Shown: positions 56,689 to 64,000 of the stretch, piece after piece
Position numbering within the stretch: the first letter of the stretch is position 1
Layout: each line of letters opens with the position of its first letter
NCBI GenBank assembly: GCA_965216565.1
Contig: OZ244170.1
Span: forward strand, 128,001 to 192,000
DNA length: 64,000 nt
From: Bythopirellula sp.
Lineage (GTDB): Bacteria; Planctomycetota; Planctomycetia; Pirellulales; Lacipirellulaceae
Reading direction: 5' to 3'
Notes under the pieces: generated by a model
Told to the model about the DNA's origin: nothing
What the model saw: the letters and a program-made list of their open reading frames with translations, nothing else
The model's database searches: none
Position numbers and translations under genes: made by a program

Positions 56689-58449
56689 CTACTTCTCGTA
56701 CTCTTCTTCGCCGTAGCGGTCGTCCAAATAGCGTCGGCCTAGCTTGCGGCCGGCACTGCGAACCAAGCTGTGGTACTTATTGCGGATGTCGAGATAGCTC
56801 CAGAATAAGTACAGATTGCCAGCCCCGGAGCCACTGAGTAGGACCCAGGCCAGGATGAGGGGAAAGACTTTTCCAGCACTCTTACTGCCGCCGCTGTTCG
56901 TATCCGGTGTGCCAGGAGTTGGGCCGATGGGAAGTTTCTCGGCCGGCGAACGAGTATTGAAGAAGTTCGATTTCTCAGAGGCGTGGGGACTATTAAAGTT
57001 GGAGCTAGCGAAGTTGGAAGGCTGTGCCTGTGGCGATCCTGCTCGTGGAGTGTTGAATGAAGAGGTTCCGGTCGAACGATCGCTCGCCATATTCATGCCA
57101 GCGTTGGCTGGTTGGTTGAGCATTTCACGACGGATTTCGGGGACGGTTGGGGAGGTTTTCGTCTGGGAAGTCTGCAAATTGTTCTGAGAATTCTGAGATC
57201 CGTTAGGAAAGCTCAGGATCGAACTGGCCCGCGAGGCATTGTCTTGCCCGTTCCGATTGGCCATGTTCCCCGACTCACCATTGCTAGGAACACCGACGTG
57301 AACGCCATTCTGATTGTTGTCGGAGTAGCGGCCATTTTGGGTGTCGTATTGTTGGGCTAACGGGGCGTCTTCAAACCGTTTCGGTTCCGGCCACTTAGCT
57401 TGGATTCCACTGTTGTTAGTAACGGGTTGGGAATTGTCGGGTGTACGCCGGGGCGGAACGTTCCCGCTGGCGGGTTGCTGGTTATTTCTCGCGTAGCGCC
57501 CGTCGGTAGTGATGGGGTTTTGATTGCTAGGAGCTGTGTTGTTGGATCTAGGCAGAGTGCTATTGGTCTGGCTTGTGTTGTTGGTGCGGACTGTGTTGTT
57601 TTGTGCCGTACCACGAGGCAGAATTGGCTGGCCGGTGTTATTGTTTGCATCGAGAGCGTTGCTTCTGTTGTCGGCCGTGTTGTATCGATTGCCGGTGGCT
57701 GGTCGCAACTCGACCGGTCGCCGATCTGCCGGTCGTACCGTGCCTGCAGCGGAGTTGTTGTCGTCGCCGAAGAGTTGGCGGATATCGGCCTGGCTCGACG
57801 AGTTGGCACTGCGGATGTTGTTTGAATTCTGCGGAGACGATTGCTTGGGCGAAATGTTTGTCGCTTGCCGAGGCAGAATGTCACTCGCCTGTTTCGGAAG
57901 AATGGCTTGTGCGCGCGGAACGATCTCGTTTTCAAAAGCATCTCTTGTTTGCTCGGCAGTACGTTGCAATGAACGAGCGAATTCTTGCGTGTTGGCTTTG
58001 ATCTGATTGCCATTGGGGAGTTGTGAGCCCCGGGGAAGAATGGAATTGCTTTGACCGCTGGTGGGCAAGATGTCCTGGCGATTGGGTTGGCTGGAATAGC
58101 GTGGGGCAATGTTAGTGTGACTGCCCTGGGCGTATTGCCCGCGCACTATATCCGTATCTGGCGAGGCATCCTCAGCAGCGATCTCGTCTGTATTGGGTTT
58201 GAATTGCGTGACCAATTCTCGCCGAGGCAGGTCCTGGTTGCCGGCCACAATGCGGATCCGTCGGATGGGCTGGACGGAGTCGGGAATGTCCGTCGAAATG
58301 GGCACCGATTCGCCCCGTTCCAACTGGGCGAGCAATTCGCGGTCGAGCTGGACGATGTATTCGTAGCTCTCGCTACCATCGGGCATCGGTTGCCAGCCGA
58401 AAGAAACTCCCAGGGTCGACGCTACAAAGACGAATATGGCTGTCTGCAT
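56689..58449 (-). CDS. Exported low-complexity (N/Q/S/P-rich) protein with C-terminal membrane anchor
   Basis: MQTAIFVFVASTLG signal, short globular-looking N-terminus (GWQP...YEYIVQL), long disordered middle, TM then basic tail. Confidence 0.75.
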   Translation of the reverse strand: MQTAIFVFVASTLGVSFGWQPMPDGSESYEYIVQLDRELLAQLERGESVPISTDIPDSVQPIRRIRIVAGNQDLPRRELVTQFKPNTDEIAAEDASPDTDIVRGQYAQGSHTNIAPRYSSQPNRQDILPTSGQSNSILPRGSQLPNGNQIKANTQEFARSLQRTAEQTRDAFENEIVPRAQAILPKQASDILPRQATNISPKQSSPQNSNNIRSANSSSQADIRQLFGDDNNSAAGTVRPADRRPVELRPATGNRYNTADNRSNALDANNNTGQPILPRGTAQNNTVRTNNTSQTNSTLPRSNNTAPSNQNPITTDGRYARNNQQPASGNVPPRRTPDNSQPVTNNSGIQAKWPEPKRFEDAPLAQQYDTQNGRYSDNNQNGVHVGVPSNGESGNMANRNGQDNASRASSILSFPNGSQNSQNNLQTSQTKTSPTVPEIRREMLNQPANAGMNMASDRSTGTSSFNTPRAGSPQAQPSNFASSNFNSPHASEKSNFFNTRSPAEKLPIGPTPGTPDTNSGGSKSAGKVFPLILAWVLLSGSGAGNLYLFWSYLDIRNKYHSLVRSAGRKLGRRYLDDRYGEEEYEK

Positions 58450-58879
58450 AATTGAATCCTTTCTGACGGCGATATTGACCAGCCCAGCCAAATGCCGCAC
58501 GACTGCGATCCAATGGGTAGCGGAGCCTCCCAGCTTCGCTGGCCAAGCCCATCGGCAAGGGTCGATTCTAATCCAATTTGCCATGTCAGCCTATACAAGT
58601 GCCAACTTGCCCTCAGGCGGGTCCGTCTGCAGCCTATATGCGACGGAATCGACTCCGGCTAGAATGGCCCTTCCCATGGGGCAGAACCCGGCGGAGGGCG
58701 ACAAAAACCGCACCGGCGATTTTGTCTAAAACCGGCCTGTGGCACACACTTACGATGTGTGGCTAAAATGCTAGCTGCTGGGTCGTCATGACGAACCGCC
58801 TGGCGATCAGATTTCTCATCTGCTGCTTCGGCAGCATTGCGTGAACCAAGAAAAATAGACAGTTGTTAGAGGATAGAAA

Positions 58880-59191
58880 ATGGTGATTGGGATGGCATCG
58901 TCTTTGGAAACGTCTCTAGATTTGGCGCTGGGCTCGCTCGGTGCGAACCCAGCGGGTCAGAGGTGGAGTGAACCTGCATGCCCGGTACTAGCTCCTGAAG
59001 TTGCTGAGGTGGACGACCCGTTCGACGATTTTGAAGAGGACGATTTCGACGACGAATTTGACGACGACTTCGAAGAAGATTGGGATGACGATCTCACCGA
59101 AGACGAAGAGTTTCCCGATACGTTTGGGGGCGATGAGGAAGAAGCAGAAACCTCTCCCTTTAGCGACGACCCCGACTTTGATGACGACTGA
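58880..59191 (+). CDS. Small highly acidic protein
   Basis: DDPFDDFEEDDFDDEFDDDFEEDWDDD; GAGG upstream. Confidence 0.7.
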   Translation: MVIGMASSLETSLDLALGSLGANPAGQRWSEPACPVLAPEVAEVDDPFDDFEEDDFDDEFDDDFEEDWDDDLTEDEEFPDTFGGDEEEAETSPFSDDPDFDDD

Positions 59192-59192
59192 G

Positions 59193-59295
59193 GAAGTTTG
59201 AGGTTTGAAGTTTGAAGTGTGAAGTACGTCCGACTTCAAACTTTCCAGGGTAAGTAGGACATTTCAAACTTCAACATTCATACTTCACACTTCCA
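59193..59295. repeat. Inverted heptamer arrays upstream of ileS
   Basis: gaagttt gaggttt gaagttt gaagtgt gaagt ... atttcaa acttcaa cattcat acttcac acttcca. Confidence 0.85.
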
Positions 59296-59303
59296 GCCTC
59301 CCT

Positions 59304-62300
59304 ATGTTTCCAGAAATCGATAAGAACCAATCCTTCCCCGATCGCGAATTGGCGATCACTGATTTCTGGAAACAGCACGACATCTACCAACAGTCTCTCG
59401 AAGCGCGAGAAGGTGCACCGTCATTCGTCTTCTACGAAGGCCCGCCCACGGCCAACGGCATGCCTCACCCAGGACATTGCTTGACGCGGGCTATCAAAGA
59501 TCTCTTCCCACGATACCGCACGATGCGGGGTTACCGCTGCGAGCGCAAAGCGGGTTGGGACACCCACGGTTTGCCGGTGGAAGTGGAAGTTTGCAAAGAG
59601 TTGGGGATCCATTCGAAGGAAGAGATCGAAGCCTATGGCGTCGAGCCATTTATCAAGAAATGTCAGCAGAGCGTGTGGCGGTATATCGGAGAGTGGCAGA
59701 AACTAACCGATCGCATGGGTTTCTGGGTGAACATGGACGAAGCCTACGTCACCTACCACCAAAGTTATGTGGAAAGCGTCTGGTGGTCGCTCAAGCAGTT
59801 GTTCGATCGCGGACTGCTCTACCAGGGACACAAGATCGTTTGGTGGTGGGCCCAGGGCGGCACGGCACTTTCTAGCGGCGAAGTGGGCCAAGGCTACCGC
59901 GAAGTGGCTGATCCTAGCGTGTATGTGAAATTTCCGCTTCTGGATGACGAAGGCAACACCACAGATACCTCGCTGCTGGTTTGGACAACCACTCCGTGGA
60001 CGTTGCCGTCGAACCAGTTCGCCGCGGTTCATCCTGAGCTGGAATACTCCGTCGTCTTAGATGAGCAAGATGGCACAACGGAGCGATTGATTGTTGCTTC
60101 GGACTTGGTGGAGAGCATTGCCGACAAGATAAAGCGTGAGCTAAAAGTTGAGTCAACCTGCCAGGGGACTAAGCTCATTGGCAAGCGTTACGTGCCTCCA
60201 TTTGAATGTTTCTATCAGTCAGGATCATCGAGTGAATGGCAAGTTGTTTCCGCAGACTTTGTAACCACCGATAGTGGATCAGGCGTTGTGCATCAGGCTC
60301 CCGCCTTTGGTGAAGTCGACTATGAGGTATTGGTCAATCAACAAGCTTCTGCTAAGCCGGGCGAAGCACCTGGGTTAATCAATGCCGTCGACCCCAACGG
60401 CAAGTTCACCGACGAGGGTCCCGACTATTGCCAGGGCCGGTGGGTCAAGGATTGCGACAAGGATATCATCCGCGATTTGAAAGAGCGCGGGCTGCTGTTC
60501 CATCGCGAGCAGTACTTGCACGATTATCCCTTCTGTTGGCGGGCGGACGAAGATCCGTTGATCCAGTATCCCCGTGAAAGTTGGTTCATTCGCACCACCG
60601 AGTACAAAGACCAGATGCTCGCCAACAATGCCAAGATCAATTGGCTGCCGGAGCATATCAAGACCGGGCGTTTCGGAAAATTTCTGGAATCAAACGTCGA
60701 TTGGGCCCTGTCCCGTGAGCGTTACTGGGGCACGCCGCTGCCGATTTGGGTCTGTCCAGAATGCAACCATCAGACAGCCGTCGGCAGTTATGAAGAACTG
60801 CTCGCCCAACCGGGAATTCGTGGTACCGAAACGTGGCAGAAAGCGAAAGAGGAGAACCCCGAGCTGCCCGACGACCTGCAAGTCCACAAGCCCTACATCG
60901 ATGCCGTGGAGTTTGAGTGCCAATGTGGCAATGCCACCATGCAGCGTGTACCCGAGGTGATCGACTGCTGGTACGACAGCGGAGCAATGCCGTTTGCCCA
61001 ATGGGGTTACCGTGGTCAACCAGACGGCGTAGCTCGCGAGAAGTTTGAATCGCAGTTTCCTGCTGACTTCATCAGCGAAGCCCTCGACCAAACCCGCGGC
61101 TGGTTTTACAGCCAGGTGGCGATTAGCACGTTGCTGTTTGGTGGTGAGCAAAGTGCCCAGAGCACAGAGTCTGAAGACGGAACGTCTGCTGCTTCTGACT
61201 CTTCGCTCGATGCGCCCTACCCCCATCCCTTCCGCAACTGCATCGTCCTCGGGCTCATGCTTGGTGAAGACGGTCAGAAGATGTCAAAGAGCAAGCGGAA
61301 CTACCGCACGCCTGACGAAATTCTCGATGCATACGGTGCCGATGCTTTGCGGTGGTACTTCTTTGCCAACCAACCGCCGTGGACGTCGATTCGATATAGT
61401 GAACAGTCGATTAAAGATAGTGTTCCCGAATTCCTGCTGCGGCTGTGGAATGTTTACAGCTTCTTCACGATCTACGCTAATATCGACGGGTTTGAACCTG
61501 CGGCTGGTAGTGAGGGGGCAGGCGATAGCGCTTCAATTTTGGAGATCTGTACTGCTGCAAAAACGAATCGACCGTTGGAGGAACGTAGCGAGCTGGATCG
61601 GTGGATTTTAGGTGAGCTGAATTCCACCTGTGCGACGGTTGTGCGTTGCATGGATGAATACGACAACTACGGGGCGTGCCAGTCGATTACCGCCTTTGTC
61701 GATGCCCTTTCGAATTGGTACGTCCGCCGCAGCCGCGATCGATTTTGGGCCGCGGACAAACAAGATCCGAACAAACTCGACGCCTACTGGACGCTTTACG
61801 AGTGTCTGCTGACCACCACGCAAATGGTTGCCCCTTTTGTGCCGTTCCTGGCCGAGGGACTTTGGCAAAACCTGGCGGTGGCGATCTTCGGTGAACGCGT
61901 TCCCAAGAGTGTGCATCTGTGCGACTTCCCGACTGGCGATGCCGAAGCCGTCGACGAAGCCCTCTCGGAGCGCATGACTCTCGTGCGGCATATTTCGTCA
62001 TTGGGTCGTCAAGCTCGCAACGACGCGCAGCTCAAAGTGCGGCAACCGCTGGCCGAGGTGATCGTTGTGCTGGCAGACCAGACGCATCAGCAGTGGCTGG
62101 AAGAACATGCCGCGGTGATCGCCGATGAATTGAATGTGAAGCAGTTGGTGTTCAGCGACGAACCGGAAAAGTATGTTCAGCACGAGGTTTTGCCGAATTT
62201 CAAACTGCTCGGCCCGCGGCTTGGGAAACTCATGGGCAAGATTAAGCCGGCGCTGGCCAAGCATAGCGGCTCAGAACTGCTGGCCAATATCCGCGACAAC

Positions 62301-62711
62301 GGTTTGATCAACCTCACCGTTGAGGGCCAGGAGGTAGCACTCAACGAGGAAGAAGTCGAAATTCGTTTGCAGGCACGCGATGGCTGGACAGCGGCCAATG
62401 CCCATGGGGTGGTGGCCATTTTGGCAACGGAATTAACCGACGATTTAATTGCAGAAGGCCTGGCCCGCGATCTGGTCCGGATAATTCAAGATGCCCGCAA
62501 AGAAGAAGATTGTCAGTTCACCGATCGCATCGAAGTCGGAATTGACACCGATTCGAAGGACGTGCAGCAGGCAGTCGACAAGTTTAATGGCTACATAGCA
62601 AAAGAAACCCTGGCGGATTCTGTGACACTTCAAGAGATCGACGGAGTGGAGCCAACGGAAGCAAAAGTCGGCGGCTTCGATGTCGCCACCTACGTTCAGG
62701 TGAAATCGTGA
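59304..62711 (+). CDS. ileS: Isoleucine--tRNA ligase (type 2-like)
   Basis: [53 protein letters not shown]; long type-2-like C-terminus. Confidence 0.96.
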   Translation: MFPEIDKNQSFPDRELAITDFWKQHDIYQQSLEAREGAPSFVFYEGPPTANGMPHPGHCLTRAIKDLFPRYRTMRGYRCERKAGWDTHGLPVEVEVCKELGIHSKEEIEAYGVEPFIKKCQQSVWRYIGEWQKLTDRMGFWVNMDEAYVTYHQSYVESVWWSLKQLFDRGLLYQGHKIVWWWAQGGTALSSGEVGQGYREVADPSVYVKFPLLDDEGNTTDTSLLVWTTTPWTLPSNQFAAVHPELEYSVVLDEQDGTTERLIVASDLVESIADKIKRELKVESTCQGTKLIGKRYVPPFECFYQSGSSSEWQVVSADFVTTDSGSGVVHQAPAFGEVDYEVLVNQQASAKPGEAPGLINAVDPNGKFTDEGPDYCQGRWVKDCDKDIIRDLKERGLLFHREQYLHDYPFCWRADEDPLIQYPRESWFIRTTEYKDQMLANNAKINWLPEHIKTGRFGKFLESNVDWALSRERYWGTPLPIWVCPECNHQTAVGSYEELLAQPGIRGTETWQKAKEENPELPDDLQVHKPYIDAVEFECQCGNATMQRVPEVIDCWYDSGAMPFAQWGYRGQPDGVAREKFESQFPADFISEALDQTRGWFYSQVAISTLLFGGEQSAQSTESEDGTSAASDSSLDAPYPHPFRNCIVLGLMLGEDGQKMSKSKRNYRTPDEILDAYGADALRWYFFANQPPWTSIRYSEQSIKDSVPEFLLRLWNVYSFFTIYANIDGFEPAAGSEGAGDSASILEICTAAKTNRPLEERSELDRWILGELNSTCATVVRCMDEYDNYGACQSITAFVDALSNWYVRRSRDRFWAADKQDPNKLDAYWTLYECLLTTTQMVAPFVPFLAEGLWQNLAVAIFGERVPKSVHLCDFPTGDAEAVDEALSERMTLVRHISSLGRQARNDAQLKVRQPLAEVIVVLADQTHQQWLEEHAAVIADELNVKQLVFSDEPEKYVQHEVLPNFKLLGPRLGKLMGKIKPALAKHSGSELLANIRDNGLINLTVEGQEVALNEEEVEIRLQARDGWTAANAHGVVAILATELTDDLIAEGLARDLVRIIQDARKEEDCQFTDRIEVGIDTDSKDVQQAVDKFNGYIAKETLADSVTLQEIDGVEPTEAKVGGFDVATYVQVKS

Positions 62712-63358
62712 GCCGTGCGCAGATCACTCCCCTTCGCCTAGCCGTGTTGATCTCGGGTGGCGGTCGGACGCTGCAAAACTTTATTGAGCTGGCCGATTCT
62801 GGCGGCTTGCCAATTGATATCCAGTTGGTCGTTTCCAGTTCTCCCAAGGCCGGCGGGTTGAAGTTTGCAGCGGATGCGGGAATAGCGACTGAGATTGTGT
62901 CGCGAGGCGATTTCGACTCCGACCAGTCTTACGGCCAGGCGGTGTTTTCAGCCTGTCGCCGGGCCGAAGTCGATTACGTGGCGATGGCGGGCTTCTTGAA
63001 GCTGGCGCCGGTGCCGGACGATTTCCAAGGACGCGTACTGAATATTCATCCTTCGTTGATTCCTGCTTTCTGTGGTAAGGGGATGTATGGCAATCGAGTT
63101 CACCAAGCGGTGCTCGACTATGGCGCGAAGCTGACGGGGTGTACTGTTCACTTTGTCGATAATGAGTATGACGAAGGGCCGATCATCTGGCAGCAGCCGG
63201 TACCCGTGTTCGACGACGATACAGCCGACACCATTGCCAGCCGAGTCTTTGAAGTTGAAAAAGAGGCCTACCCCCACGTTTTGAAGTTGTTGGCGGCGGG
63301 AAAGATCGAAATCGAGGGACGCCGCGTTTCAATTTCTAGCCGCAGTCGCTCTGTCTAG
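62708..63358 (+). CDS. purN: Phosphoribosylglycinamide formyltransferase
   Basis: [31 protein letters not shown]. Confidence 0.95.
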   Translation: MSRAQITPLRLAVLISGGGRTLQNFIELADSGGLPIDIQLVVSSSPKAGGLKFAADAGIATEIVSRGDFDSDQSYGQAVFSACRRAEVDYVAMAGFLKLAPVPDDFQGRVLNIHPSLIPAFCGKGMYGNRVHQAVLDYGAKLTGCTVHFVDNEYDEGPIIWQQPVPVFDDDTADTIASRVFEVEKEAYPHVLKLLAAGKIEIEGRRVSISSRSRSV

Positions 63359-63418
63359 AAAAACAGCGAGAAAAATAGCGAGAAAAATAGCCAGAAAAAC
63401 AGCGAGAAAAACAGCGAG
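63357..63418. repeat. 12-bp tandem repeat, 5 copies
   Basis: agaaaaa(c/t)agc(g/c) x5 fills most of the purN-deacetylase spacer. Confidence 0.9.
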
Positions 63419-63428
63419 GACTAGAACT

Positions 63429-64000
63429 ATGAGCGACCAGCAAGACAATCTGCTCGACGTCATTGCCGTTGGAGCCCATCCGGACGACGTGGAAATTGCT
63501 TGCGGGGGGACTTTGGCTAGTTTGTCGAGGCAAGGTTACCGTGTGGGAATTGTCGACTTGACCGATGGCGAACCGACACCCCGTACTTCTGGTCCCGAAG
63601 AGCGCTTGGCCGAGGCACAGGCGGCAGCCAATACCCTCGGTGTGACGAAGCGTATCACACTCGACTTGCCCAATCGCAAGTTGTTCGATTCCTATGAAGC
63701 CCGAGTGAAACTTGCGACCGAGTTTCGCCGCTATCGTCCGCAATTAGTCTTGGGCCTGGGGGAGAAAACGCCGCTCGCTTCCCCCGATCATTGGCAAGCG
63801 ATGCAGATTACTGATGCTGCGGTCTTCTACTCTCGTTTAACCAAGTGGGACGACGATTTTGCGGGACTTCCCCCGCACACAATTGCCGCTCAGCTTTATT
63901 ACACGCTGGCATTCAATAGCATCGAGTCAATTGCAACCCCCGGACAAGTTGTGGTCGATATATCCAATACTTTGGAGGCGAAGGTAGCTTCCGTTCGCTG
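63429..64000 (+). CDS. PIG-L/LmbE (BshB1-like) deacetylase (runs off the right edge)
   Basis: Hand translation: [28 protein letters not shown]...DLTDGEPT...SPDH. Confidence 0.9.
   Translation, partial: MSDQQDNLLDVIAVGAHPDDVEIACGGTLASLSRQGYRVGIVDLTDGEPTPRTSGPEERLAEAQAAANTLGVTKRITLDLPNRKLFDSYEARVKLATEFRRYRPQLVLGLGEKTPLASPDHWQAMQITDAAVFYSRLTKWDDDFAGLPPHTIAAQLYYTLAFNSIESIATPGQVVVDISNTLEAKVASVR

Noticed and set aside
58700..59303. T-box riboswitch before ileS
   Set aside because: No GGTGGNACC T-box motif; the region holds an ORF and heptamer arrays.
59455..59480. Non-canonical HIGH motif (HPGH) in IleRS
   Set aside because: The second position of HxGH is variable; not evidence of altered function.
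1..64000. CRISPR array, tRNA, rRNA, integrase or transposase
   Set aside because: No regularly spaced repeats with unique spacers, no cloverleaf or rRNA signatures and no recombinase motifs seen by eye.

Overview
Chromosomal segment of a Planctomycetota bacterium, probably Pirellulales. The taxon is inferred from LExLEDRRxxA leader proteins, PEP-CTERM and dockerin-like tails, a BBP7-type barrel and the REP families present. Main content: (1) an 18-kb minus-strand type IV filament cluster (pilB-like, pilT, pilB-like, pilC, four 378-447 aa prepilins and a ~2070-aa PilX/GspK-like protein) followed by a PEP-CTERM protein; (2) two divergent giant secreted proteins (a kexin-like S8 protease with Glu at the catalytic Asp position, and a CSLREA/beta-helix adhesin) flanking an outer-membrane barrel; (3) a PEP-CTERM heme peroxidase beside a GT2/membrane-protein pair; (4) a YhaO/YhaN (Mre11/Rad50-like) pair whose nuclease has lost one metal site; (5) housekeeping genes (hflX, RluA family, ileS, purN, cold-shock protein). 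The most unusual signal is that the cleavable leaders of all four prepilins are encoded by palindromic or heptamer-repeat DNA. For three of them similar repeats also occur intergenically, and possibly inside ileS. I found no rRNA, tRNA, CRISPR array, transposase or integrase. All calls are by eye from motifs; no searches were run.
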